This document shows, piece after piece, positions 45,114 through 57,321 of a DNA stretch of 64,000 bases; within the stretch, counting starts at the first letter, position 1, and every line of letters begins with the position of its first letter. The position numbers and the translations under genes were made by a program. The notes under the pieces are model-generated. The model saw only the letters and a program-made list of their open reading frames with translations. It did no database searches and was not told the origin of the DNA. The stretch is taken from assembly GCA_965240325.2 (NCBI GenBank), contig OZ251239.1, positions 682,001-746,000 of the forward strand. The letters run 5' to 3'. The DNA is from Rebecca billardiae RCC1528 (Eukaryota; Protista; Haptophyta).

Positions 45114-48100
45114 GACCGCGTTCCGCGGTCCTCTTCCGTCAGAACCAACGTAGTTGGGGGCCCGCGGTGCAGCTGTGCCACCCGCTCCGTCACCGCCACG
45201 GCACGGCGTCGCCCGTCGCATATGCCACCTCGCTGCATCAGTCGCGCGGACTCATCCACTCGCCGCTGGCCGCGCAGATCTGAGCCTGTGGGCTTTCGTG
45301 TCAGGCAGTCAGGCATCCGTCGTGCCCATCAGCGCCCGAGAGCTGGCTCTCAGTCACTGAGTGAGTGAGAGCCGCCGCTCTAACAGCGCGCGGTCCGAGC
45401 TCGCGCGCCAAACGCCCGCCCATGCGCCAGTCAAGCCGTCGAGACTCGAGACAGCTCGGATGCGGCGGACGAGAGCAAAATCCATCACAGCTCGGCCATG
45501 GACGGCGCGAGCGAGGGCTTGGGCGAGCGAGATGGCCGTGGTGGCTGCTCCACATCCCGACAAAACGTCCATCAGGCGAAGGCTCCGCACTGCAGATCAG
45601 GCTCGGCGCCAGACGGCTGAGCCGGAACGTCCTCGCGAGGCCCCGCGCTTCAACACGCCGAGAATTCAGCTGCGCGGCGTGCGGCGTGGCGCGCGCGGGC
45701 GCGCGCATGGTCAGCTGGAAACACAGCGAGAAACTCGCCTCGCCCCCACGCGCCACGCGCATTCGCACCCATAATATCACACGCGAGGAGCATCGTCCGA
45801 TGAGTGAAGCTACTCGGCAGCTTCATTGGCACCGGTGAGTCAGCTCACGGCTGCGCAGTCAATAAACGATGAACTCGAGGGACACCCCATGCTGGACAGG
45901 TTGCACGGAGAAATGACCGCCCGCGACTGACAGATGTTACATTCACAGTGGACGCGACCTGTCCACCCGTCTTTCGGTACATCGCGCCCGTCCCATGGCG
46001 GCCGGCGCGTGGCGCGAGTGCTTGGAAACCACGGAGCACACGAATGCCGGTGGTTTCCGACCTTCGCCGCCACGGCCCGCCTCCCCGTTCGCCCACAATC
46101 GGTACCGCAGTCTGGTGCCCAGTTCCTCTCACTCCCGGCGTCGGCAGTGGCGCGAAGCCGACGCGCATCAGGAAGAAGCACAAGGGGACCTTGATACAGG
46201 TGGTAGATAGAGCCTTCAAGGAGGCTGCCGTCGCGAACGATCAGGATGCACCGGTTGCGGTATGCGCGTGCACCTTCGCACGAACGTGTGCTGGTCTCCT
46301 GCTGCACTGCTCATACCGTACGCACGAGCGCGCAACCGTGCGCACGCGCTCAGATGGCTCGGACCACACACGCGAGTGCTTGTGAAGCTCGCCTCACGAG
46401 GCCTTCGTAGAAGAAGGCGGGCAACCGTAGTGCGCTAAGGAAGCAGAAGGAGATGCTCGCCAAACGCGTGCAGCGCGCGAGGGCGAAGCTTGCTACGGCG
46501 CGCGCGGCCTCTGCTGTTGCAGCTCGGGCCGCTGCTCCGGCCGTGCAGGCGTCTGGCGCGGGGTCCTCGGACAAGCAGGCGAAGTCTGGGCAGTCTGCCT
46601 TTGCCGCCGGCAAGAAGTATTGGAAGTGCACGCATTTGGTCGTGCGCGTGGCGCGCTCGCGCGCCGTGACGCAGCAAGCAGGCGATCCTTGACAAGCGCC
46701 TCGCTGACGCTCAGCAGGCCGAGGCAACGAGCGCGGCGCTCGACCACGCTGACAGGCACGCCCTGAGTGCGGGGGAAAACACCTTTCGAGACAGAACTCA
46801 GGCGCTCGACGTTGAGTATGTCATTGATCGCGCGCGTGTGTGATCACGGCAGCAAGACTAAGTCGCGCGAGGTGGAGTAGGTGGTAGCGCGCCTCTTCGC
46901 CGCATCATCCGCAGCTGACTGGCGTGCGCCAGCTTGCTCACGTCGCGCGCGGCAGCGGTCGGCTTCCACCCTGCTCGCACAGCGCGGCGCCGGCTGCACC
47001 GCCCGTTCCGCTGGACGCCGGCTCGCTCGTCGTTGACGACTTCTTCTTCAACCCTGTCGCGCGGGCGCGGTGATGGTACACTCCGGCAGGCAGATGCGGC
47101 GCACTGTCTGATGCTCTATACGTGCGTGTGCCTTTCCACGACGTCGACTCAGGCTGCTACGCGTGGCATCCAGCTCGAGGCGAAGGTCGCCAGGGCTCGC
47201 CCAAGGTCGAGTCTGCCTTGCGTGTGCTAGGTTGCCGAGGTGCGGCCGCAGGGTGCTCGTTGGCTGACTGCTGACGATGACGAGGAGTTGCGCGCCGTCG
47301 CAACCTCTCGCACGTATCCGGTGCCGACCGAGTCGAGTGGATGGATGACGCTCGTGGCGGCTGCTCTTCAAATGACGTGGTCGGGCCCTCGGCGAGCTTG
47401 GGAGGAGGGCTCGGTCTGCTACATGTGCGTCAGTAGTCACGGCCTAAACCGTGCGCGAGACTCATTGAGTCGTACATGGCGCGGCAGCAACGGCCGCACC
47501 CGCGAGGGCAGCGTGGGCGGGCAGCCATGCTCCAAAGGGCCGAATGTAACACCAAGGTCAGTTTCCCGTGCAACCTGTCGCTGCTGTCACCTGCGGAGTA
47601 GGCCTGGATTCACGCGTTAGGATGCCCCGCGGTCTCCTCCTCGTACCGTCGCCGACCGCTCTCCGCGCGCGGGCGTTGACATCGATTCGTCGGTCCGCCG
47701 GTCGTGCTCGGTTGGAAACCGCACTGACTGGGCCGAAGAGGGATCGGCAGGGCGGGGCGCGCGGGGTGAGCGGGGCACGAAAGCGACGCCGATGACCGTC
47801 GGGACCCGCCGCAGCCGCGCGCACCTGCGCTGAGTCCGTCGGATTGAACGCCTCGTGCGCAGCGCCGCCGGCGCGAGGCACCCCTCGGCTTGCTGAGTGA
47901 GCCCTTCTCAGCTGGCTCAAACCTACCGACCCGGTCGGGATCCGGCACAGGCGACGGGCGGCCAGGGAGATAGTATGAAGATTGCGTTGTGGTGGCGCGA
48001 TCAACATTTGATCATCAAACGTCGTCGCTCCTTGAATATCATTGGCCGAAAAATTCGCTTGTAACGGTTCGTTACGTTAGGGATCCTAAAGGGCGTGAAG

Positions 48101-48328
48101 TTTTTTGGACGGGCGTCACTCCACGCTTTACTATGAACTTGCCGTGGGCGCGACCTTTTTCGGCCGTAATGCATCTGTAGAGAGGGTCTCAAAATTCGAA
48201 ACTCGGTCTCCTCCAGCCATGAAAATCGTCCCCCGTCCCTTTTTTCTTGATCAAAGATCTTTTTGAAACGTTGTTCGGGCCCGCTGGTGCGGGCTCCACG
48301 CTGCGCGCTCCGCCCTGCACCGCGGGCC
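45114..48328 (-). mobile_element. Helitron2-like non-autonomous element, copy B
   Basis: Same left end (about 60 bp) and right end (about 170 bp) as 15275-16884. GGCCCGCGGTGCAG (45159-72) is inverted to the terminal CTGCACCGCGGGCC. AT flanks. Confidence 0.65.
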
Positions 48329-48409
48329 ATAAGACGACTGCTCATTCTGACGTCGTCGTCATCATCGTCCGAACCGTCTGATGTCGATGTATGTCAGCAG
48401 CTGCCCAGC

Positions 48410-49250
48410 TCAGACCGCCGCGCCGGCGAGCTCGTCGAGCAGCCGCGCCGCGAACGCCCTGCGCTGCGCATTGCTGCGGAAACCCGCCCAGTCCGAGTGG
48501 CGCGCGCGCACGGCGCGCGCACGACCGCCCAGCCCAGCCGCTCGAGCTGGCGCATCTTCCAACGGTCCGAGCCGCTTAGCTCGGCGCAGCCAGTGTCGGG
48601 GTCGTCCTCGATCACGACCTCGTGCCGCGCCGCCCTCCGTGTGCAGAGTGCCCACGGCGCACCTGCGCCTCGAGCTCACGCAGGTACTGCAGAGTGGCAC
48701 TGCGCTCAGCCTCGCCGTCAGCGGCAGCGCCCCAGCGCGTGCCACCGCCCAGCGGCGCGGCGGCAGCCGCGGCCTCTGCCGCCTCCATCTGCATGGCCAG
48801 CCGCAGCACGCGCAGATGCGACGGGTCGGCAGCCTGCTCGACCAGCAGCAGCCGCTGCCGCGTGCGTGCGAGCTCCGCTCGCATGCGCTCGGTGGTGTCG
48901 CGCTCGACTGCGAGCTCGGCGGTGGCGGCCGCAACGGCAGTGGCAGCTGCTGTGCCTGTGGCTGCAGGCTCGAGCAGCTCAGCGACCAGCAGCGGCTCCT
49001 CTGCATGCAAAGCACTGCCGCTGCCGCCCTGCAAACTAGTCAAAGGGCGTGCTGCAGAGGCAGGCTGTGCCTGAGCCCTGGCGCCAGCAGCAGGCGTGCC
49101 AGCAGCGTCAGCCCCGCTGCTGGCAGGGCCCTGCCCAGCCGCTGCAGCGCGCCCACGTGGGTGGCTGGGCGTGTCGTCGTCCGCCTCCTCCTCGCGTGCT
49201 GCGAGACGTGGACCTCGCGTCCCAAGACCGCGACTTGGGCCGTGATCCCT
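48410..49250 (-). pseudogene. Frameshifted remnant ending in a RAP-domain-like segment
   Basis: Pieces in different frames join to ...LSGSDRWKMRQLERLGWAVVR/.RHSDWAGFRSNAQRRAFAARLLDEL, resembling a RAP C-terminus, preceded by a coiled-coil-like stretch. Confidence 0.4.
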
Positions 49251-49958
49251 CGAGCTCTTTCTCCTCGTGAGTCGTGTACGCCGGCCTTTTCCATGTTTCA
49301 CTCCGATGCGGACCACGAATGCCGTCGCCGGCATGGCGCACAGCGGCGCTCGGCCTTGTGATACGCCGCCCCGGCCGGGCTGCCCGTCGTTGCAGGTCAT
49401 CACAGCAGACTTCAGAAGGCCGCGCCAAATCTTGCGTCGCGTGCGATGGCGCTTCCCGCCCGCGAGACACCTCGTGATGAGGGCCTTTCCGCACCGAGCC
49501 CGACGCGCGGCGGTGGATCGCGCGAGGTGGCTGTCGCGCGCAGCGCTTGATACTATGACCCGTGCGAGCGCTCGCCGTGCAAGTCAGGCGAGGACCGCCC
49601 CAGGTCGCACGATCGTGTCGACGCGCCGAGCGTGCCTCCAGACGCGTCGACTTTAGCCCTCGTTTGACCTGCACGCGAGACGGAGAGGGCAGCAATCGCG
49701 AATCGGGCGAAAACCCTCCTCGGGAGTCCTCGCGCGATGTCCGCACCGGCGTTGGATTTGGCGCGCGCCGCCCACGCGCTCCGCGCCAGCGCGAACAGAT
49801 TTTCGGCCCAGCGTCCCCAGTGGGAGAGCGCTGCGAGGGCGCCCGCCGAGTGTGAGCGAAGCGTTTCTTTTCTTTGCGAGGCGATTTTCTTTTCCTTTTT
49901 CCTATTCTTACCTTTTTCCCGGCGGGCACTACTATAGTGATAGTCCCTCACAAGTTTA

Positions 49959-51918
49959 GGTTGTATAACCGCTCGGTTATGCGGGTATAACTCACCGGTA
50001 GCCCTCATGAGGGCGGGCTGGCAGCCAGGGTCCGGCTGCCTGGAGGTTTTCCGGTCGTCAAGCCGAGCCAGGCCCGGATTGGGCGCGGGCCTGGATTGGC
50101 TCAGCAGCTTGGCAAGCGATGCGCGTCTGGGTGCGGCCGCGCTCGCTGGCTGCACCCGCGGCGCGGCGGCCGGCGTGGCTGCTCTGGTCACCGCTGCGCT
50201 GGTGGCTGCTCCTCCTCTGGGAGTTGTTTCTTCCAGGTGCGTGTGCGTCGGCGGTAGGCCGCCCTCAGCCCTCGCTCTCTCCACTCGTGCACCTGCCCTG
50301 CTTGCTCTCTGCTTTCGATGGGGGCGCCTCGGAGCCGCTTCGAGGCGTCCCCGTCTGCAATCTTCTCATGCTCTATCTGCTTTCGATGGGGGCGCCTCGG
50401 AGCCGCTTCGAGGCGTCCCCGTCTGCAATCTATCTTCTCATGCTCTGCTTTCGATGGGGGCGCCTCGGAACCGCTTCGAGGCGTCCCCGTCTGCAATCTT
50501 CTCATGCTCTGCTTTCGATGGGGGCGCCTCGGAACCGCTTCGAGGCGTCCCCGTCTGCAATCTTCTCATGCTCTGCTTTCGATGGGGGCGCCTGGGAACC
50601 GCTCCCAGGCGTCCCCGTCTGCAATCTTCTCACGCTTCGCAGTCTCGCTTGCCTTCATCGCCTGGCGGGTGGGTGCTGCTCTCTCCTTCTCTGCCGCCTC
50701 CTCTGCAGTCTGCCGTGCACTGCTGTGTGTGGGATGCGACCTGCTACCTTATCTGACGCTACGCGTGCGTGTCTCGCGCCTGCTTCCCGCCTGCGCCGCC
50801 GCCGCCGCGCATGTCTTCGTGCCCACTGTCTCATGCCGTCTGGATCGTCCTTACTCATACAACCCTGCGGGGAGCCCCTCTGGGCCTCTGCCGCCTTCGG
50901 TCCTCGCGCTACTCCTTCGGCGGCCTCGGCCTCTTCGGGCCCCCGGCCACCACCCCTGCGGGGTGTGGCATTCCACACCTCCTTCTGGGTGGAGGCCCTC
51001 GAGGCCTCTGCCTCCTGCGGCGCCGCGCTCTGCCCAAACTTGCGTTGGGGGGGGGGCGTCGGCTGCCAGCGCCTGCGGTCTACGTGCTCCATCGAGTACT
51101 TCCTCTTCGGCGTCTAGGCGGTCATCGGCTTCTGTCGGCATAGTTGCTCGAATGCATCGGCGAGTCCTTCCTGGTCGGCGTCGCATCCTGGACGGCTTCG
51201 GGGGTGTGACCTAGTCACCTCACGCGTTTATCAACGCGGCCCCCACCTCAATCTACTCTCATGTGGGTCTACCGAGTGAGTTATGGTTGTATAACCGCTC
51301 GGTTATGCGGGTATAACTCACCGGTAGCCCTCATGAGGGCGGGCTGGCAGCCAGGGTCCGGCTGCCTGGAGGTTTTCCGGTCGTCAAGCCGAGCCAGGCC
51401 CGGATTGGGCGCGGGCCTGGATTGGCTCAGCAGCTTGGCAAGCGATGCGCGTCTGGGTGCGGCCGCGCTCGCTGGCTGCACCCGCGGCGCGGCGGCCGGC
51501 GTGGCTGCTCTGGTCACCGCTGCGCTGGTGGCTGCTCCTCCTCTGGGAGTTGTTTCTCCCTGCCCTCCCACCCTGCTGGTTGCTGGGTGGGCATGGCCTT
51601 GGGTGCGCGCGGTGTCGGGGGGGTGGAGGCCCTCGAGGCCTCTGCCTCCTGCGGCGCCGCGCTCTGCCCAAACTTGCGTTGGGGGGGGGGCGTCGGCTGC
51701 CAGCGCCTGCGGTCTACGTGCTCCATCGAGTACTTCCTCTTCGGCGTCTAGGCGGTCATCGGCTTCTGTCGGCATAGTTGCTCGAATGCATCGGCGAGTC
51801 CTTCCTGGTCGGCGTCGCATCCTGGACGGCTTCGGGGGTGTGACCTAGTCACCTCACGCGTTTATCAACGCGGCCCCCACCTCAATCTACTCTCATGTGG
51901 GTCTACCGAGTGAGTTAT
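49959..51918 (+). mobile_element. Non-autonomous split-direct-repeat element (PAT/Ngaro/TOC1-like tyrosine-recombinase retroelement)
   Basis: A1 49959-50231 matches A2 51285-51557 (273 bp). B1 50987-51284 matches B2 51621-51918 (298 bp). B1 abuts A2 exactly. No TSD and no RT or YR ORF. Confidence 0.75.
50303..50633 (+). repeat. Five tandem 64-72-bp units, each with a 17-bp hairpin
   Basis: Unit GCTCTGCTTTCGATGGGGGCGCCTCGGAACCGCTTCGAGGCGTCCCCGTCTGCAATCTTCTCAT. Confidence 0.92.
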
Positions 51919-53377
51919 AGCCTCCCGACATTGTTCGCCATATCAGCGCAGCAAAGCAGCGGCGCGCCACCATACCAGGGGCGTACTTGGCCCACTCCAC
52001 TGCCGTGCACATGAGGTGCGCCCGGACCCGATTGCTCGAGTCCTCGCAAATAGGCGTGGCTGTGCATCCTGGGTTGACGTTTGGTACCCGGCGGCCGGCG
52101 AGCTGCCAGCTCGACTGGCGGCGAGCAGACCTGCCTGCGTGCCGCCGGCTGTCGGCAGCCTCCGTGCGCTGAGCCGCGCGCCGCGCGGTGCGTGTGCGAC
52201 GTAGCTCCGCCCACGCCACGCATGCACCCTCGCGCCGCGCCGCCAGCTTGGCGCTGCCGTCAGCCAGAGCCGATCGAGTGCATGCCCGAGCCTGCTCCGA
52301 GAGCATCAATATGGGCTGCGTGTGGCTGCGCGTGCACTTTCGTCGCCTAATTTTGCCAGCGTCGAGTTGGCGCGTGGCACGCCCACCGTAGCAGCACGAC
52401 TCCCGAATGCACAAAAGCCGGGGGTCAGCTGAATTAATGCAGCTCACACGACCGCGCTCCACGCCGAAAACCAGCCCGTAGCTGCCCGCCGGCTGGCTCG
52501 TGCATGCGCACCGACTGCCGGGCGCATCGACACCGTGGCGCACAGAGCGCGGGTGCCGCGGCCGGGTGGGTATGTACTGACGCGGCTGGGCCTGGTGCAT
52601 GCGCGGGCGGATGGGCTCTGCCCGGGTCGGCGCGTAGCGGGCGTGCGCGGGCTGAGACAAAGTCGTGCCTGCTGCAGCCGGCAACTAGCTGCTAAATTTG
52701 TGATGGGTCACTATACAAGGGGCGGACCTACGGCCCGCCATTAATTGTATAGTTACAGCGCACGACTCCGCCGCCGCCGAGATATATATCAAACGGTGCC
52801 AAGCGCGGGTGGCCGTCGGCGATGTCCGCGGTGCCGGCCCACGTGCGTACGACGGTGGAAGCACGGGGTTTGGGATGGCAGCCGGCGGTAAGCAGCCTCG
52901 TGAAGAACAATCGATACGGAGCCGACGGACTACCGGGTGTCGGTAGGTGGCGAGCAGGAGTACTGAGGTAGGCCAACCGTGCCGGCGTGAGTCGAGTTGA
53001 GCAGCCAGCGGCGCGCACCACGCCGTGCGGGAGGCTGCCGGAGCGAGTGCTCGAGCGCGGGATAGATCGATGTCGCCACGCGGCACCTCGCGCGCCGCGT
53101 GCTTCGGGGGAGGATCTGTAAGGAAGGCGGCGCAGCCGAGGCGGAGGCAGCCGTGCCCGGTGTCACTGTCAGGCGCGCGCTGCCCCGCCGCGGCTGGTCG
53201 GATGAAAAAATAAATAGGCGGCGCGGGCAACTCGACCGAGCGCCCGCGCCCGGCGCTGCCACCGCAACCAACCGGCCGCTGTCGGGTGGGCAGCGGCTGG
53301 CCGAGCCGCGCGCGCGCCGAGCGCCCGGGCGCGCGGCCGGCGTGGCGAACGACGCGGCGCTGCCGCCGCGCACTTAG

Positions 53378-56300
53378 TCAGCCGGCGTCGTGCGCCGGCC
53401 AGCCCGGCATGCTGTGGTGTGCCACAGGCATGTGCGCGTGGCGCGCGCTCGGCACGCAGCCGTGCATGTGGTGATGATACGGCTGGTGGTGCGCTTGCTG
53501 CAGGTGGTGCTGGTGATGGTGCTGCGCGTACACGGGCGCATGGTGCGAGTGCACGGCCGCGCCCGTGGGGTCCCAGTGTGCGTGCGGCACGCAATGCGCC
53601 ATCCCGCCCCCGGACATGTACAGCTGGCCGTGACTGCAGTGGTGTCCCGGCGGCGCGCACGAGCATGCAGCGCCCGCGTATGGCTGCATGCCCGCGGCTC
53701 CGTAGTGTGCCGCGCCGCCGCCGGCGCCGCCTGCGCCGCCGCCGCACATCATGTGATGTGGGTACGAGGCATGGGCGTGGGGGGCGGGCTCGGCGGCGTG
53801 CGCGGCGTGCACGGGCGCGTGCGCGCCGCCCGAGCCCGCGCCCGGCGCGCCATCCGCCATTGGCCCCGCCCCGCCGCGCATCGGCGACAGACCGAGCGAG
53901 TACGCGCGCCCCGCGCCCGGCTGCTGGGCGGTCGGCGGGTGGGCGGCCGCGCCGCCACCGCCGTAAGCGCACGCGCCGCCCTGCATCGCGTGCGCGCACG
54001 CGTGCGCGTGCGCGCACGCGTGCGGCGGCGCGTGCGGCGGCGCGTGGCGCGGGTACTGGTCGGTGGAGCGCGCGATCACGCGCTGCGCCGGCGACGCGCG
54101 CATCGGCCCCGGCTGCGCCCCGGCGGGCGGCTCAGCGCGTGCGGCGTAGGCGCCGGCCGCGGCGGCATGGCGCGGCGGCAGCTCTGCAGCGCCGCCGTGC
54201 GCCGCGGTGCTCACCGCCACGCCGTGCGCGACACGGGTGCCGAGCTGCGAAGGCTCCACAGACGATAAGTCCACGGGCACCGCCTGGGCCTGCAGCTGCG
54301 CGGAGCCAAGCAGTGTGCCCTGCACCATTGGCGTGCCGCCCGCCGCACCGGCCAGCACCGGCGACGCCGTCGCAAACGCCGTGGCCGCGGCGCCGGGCTC
54401 CGCGCCGCGCCCGCGCGCGCCGCGCCCGCGGCCGCGGCCGCGGCCGCGGCCGCGCCCACGGCCACGGCCTCGCGCGGCTGCGTCGTCTGCGCCCTGCGGC
54501 ATCGGCGCTGCAGACGTGACACACCAGCCATCCATCGGCGGCGCGCCGACCGCGGCTCCGAGCCCGTGCTGCATCGGCGGCGCTGTCGCGTGCGTCGGCG
54601 CCGTCGTCGGCACGCAGTACGCACCGCAGCAGCCAGCTGCGCCGCCTGCGCCGCACACGGTCGCTGCCATTGGCCGCCCAGCCGGCGCGGCGCCGGCGTG
54701 CGGCGCGGCGCCACGCCCGGCGCCGCCCGCGGCGGCCGCGCCGCCCGCCGGCCGCCCAGGCGTGGGCATGCCAAACGGCGACGGCTGGCTGCCCGCCGGG
54801 AAGGCCATCAGCTGCGGCATGCCGCCGCCGCCCGCGAGCGGCTGCTGCGAGCCCATCGCCGCCTGGCCCAGGCCGTGCTGCGCGTGCCCGTACAGCGGCG
54901 CCGGCGCCGCGCCGGCGCTGCCGTGATGCGGCGCCGGTCCGTGCCCCGAGCGGCTGGGGTGCGCGCCATGGCCCGAGCCAGCGAGCGCGCTGGTCTCGGC
55001 CCCGGGCGGAGCTCCGTGCCCGCCGAGCCCGGGCTGCGCGCACGCGCGGCTCCCCGCGGGCTGCAGCCCAAAGCGCGGCGGCTGCTGCTGCTGCGCCGCC
55101 GCCGCCGCCCCAGAAGCCAGGGCGCCGGCGCCGCCGACGCCCGCCGGATCGCTCGAACGGCCGGGCTCCGAGCTGCTGCCGCCGGGCGCTAGGAACCGAT
55201 CGGTGTGCTGCGGCAGCAGCGCGCTGCCCTGGGGCGGAGGCAGCAGCGCGCCGCCCTGCGCGCGCGCGCCGGCGGCGCCACGCTGCAGCTCGGCCGCGCG
55301 CTCGAGCTGGGAGGGCCTCGGCGCGCCGCCCAGACTCGGTGGCGTGCCGCCCGCGCCGGCGCGCACGGTGGCCGGTCGCCCGGCCGGCGCGGCCGGCTTG
55401 GGCGCGGCCGCCTTGCCCGCGCCACGCCCGCCGCCCGCGGCAGAGCGCTGCGGCGCCGCGCCGATCGCGTTGCGCATGCGGCCGCGCCGCGCCCACACGC
55501 GCCGGCCGCGCGCGCCCGCGGCGGCGCCCGCGGCTGGCAGCATGTCTGGCGCCTGACCGCTGCCCTCGTCGTCAGGCGCGAGCTGCGCGCTGCCGGCCGC
55601 ACCGCCCGCGCCGGCCGCGCGCGCGCCCGCCGGCGCCGCGCCTGTCCACCCCAGCTCGTTCATGGGCAGCGCCGACTCGCACGCCCCGAGCGCACTCGGC
55701 TCGGCGCGCTGCGGCGAGGGCGGCTCGGATGACAAGGCGGCTGGCGTCCGGGTGGCGCCGGACTGCCGGTTGCCAGCGGGCGCGGCGCCGGCGGGCTTGG
55801 CAGCGGCGCCGCGCGCGCGCCCGCGGCCACGGCCGGCGGGCGCGGCCGCGCCGGCGGCGCGCGCGCGGCCCCGGCCGAGGCCTCGGCCGGCAGCCGCGGC
55901 CGCGCCGACCGACGTCCGCGCGGAGCCACGGCCGCGCGCCTCGGCGCGCCCGCGCCCGGCCCCCCTCGCGCCGTGAGCGCGGCCGCCGCGGCCGCGCACG
56001 GCCGGCTCCGGCGGAGCAGGCGGCAGCGAGGCCGCCGGTGCGGCCGCGGCGGGCTCGACGGGGGCGACGGCGGGTTCGGGCGGCGCGGCCTTCGAGCCCG
56101 CGCCACTGCACGAGCCGGTCACCGCCGCCGCCTCGCTCGCGCTCCCCTCGGAGCGTGCGCGCTTATTGCTCGCCGAGCCGCGGGGCGCCTTGGCCCGGCC
56201 CGCGCCCTCCGCGCCCGCGCCCGTGCGCGCGCGCTTCGAGCCCGCCGCGGCCGCGCCGCCCGTGCTACGCTTGAGCAGGCGCTGCAGCGTGGCCTGCGTC

Positions 56301-57321
56301 CGGGCAGGGCGCACGCGGCGTGCCGGGCGCGTGCCGTCCCGCGTGAGCGCGTGAGCGCTCGCGCACGCACGTGCGCCCCGGCGCTCGCCGCAGCTGCCGA
56401 GCGCGGGCGCGCGCGCGCGCGGCCCTGGCCAGTCGAGCAGCGGCGATCGTGCCGCGCGCGCGGCGAGCGGCGCGCGAGGGCGCGGGTCGCGGGTCGCGGG
56501 TCGCGGCGCGGCGCACCGGCATGATGTCCTCCTCGTCCCCGTCCTCGTATACCACGTGGAAGCCGAAGCGGTTCACCGCGTGCACCCGCCCCTTGTAGTC
56601 GCCATCTGCGAACGTCTTAACAAACTGTCGGCCAATCAGCTTGCGGCGCTCGGCACACACCTCACAAAACCACTTGCCGCGCGGCACCTTGTCGAGGCCG
56701 ACGCAGTGCGTGTGGAACGCGCCGTCGCACGCGTCGCAGAGGAGCGTCGAGTCCTCGTACTCCGGCACGCCGCACACCTTGCACACGTCGCTCGCCTCCT
56801 TCGCGCGCCGCCGGACAGTGCCGGCGGCTGGCTGAGCGGCGCGCGTGCGCGGCTCGGCCGCATCAGCCTTGGGCGGCGGCGGGGCGACGCTCCCGTGCCG
56901 GGTGTTCAGCGCGCGGCGGATACGTCGCGCGGACACGTCCGTCTCGCAGTCGCCGTCGTCGTCTGCGTCGTGCGCGCGCAGGGCGCGCGCGCGCGCGCGC
57001 AGCGTGAGCGGCGCTCACGCGACGGATGTCAAGGAGCCGGGTGCGCGACGCGGGCGGCGCGCGCGCACAGAGGATGGAGTAGTACACGCCGCCCTCGCTG
57101 CTCATGCGCGTATCCGTGACGACGCCCGGGTACCACGCGCCCTGGCCGCCGAAGTTGCCCTGCACGCTGTCGCCCGTGGCGAACGCATAGTCGGATTGAG
57201 CGCCGGCCGCCTTGGACGATGCCCGCGCCGCGCCAGCGTTGCCAGCAGGCGCGGCGGACGGGGAGACGGGCTCGAGCTGATCGATCGGCTCGAGATCGGG
57301 CGGGCTACTCGTGAGCTCCAT
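53378..57321 (-). CDS. Tudor-PHD-Tudor chromatin reader with long disordered RG-rich and His-rich tail (3 exons, about 1200 aa)
   Basis: Tudor WYPGVV...YSIL(Y)DDGDCE across intron 56963-57068; PHD CKVC...LLCDACDGAFHTHC...VPRGKWFCEVC; second Tudor-like FHVVYEDGDEED; intron 56294-56516 joins the long exon in frame. Confidence 0.82.

Noticed and set aside
45180-48150. Transposase, Rep or Fanzor ORF inside the Helitron2-like copy
   Set aside because: Only short broken frames; no HUH, helicase, RuvC or DDE motifs were seen.
50303-50633. CRISPR array
   Set aside because: Units are fully repeated without unique spacers, there are no cas genes, and the context is eukaryotic.
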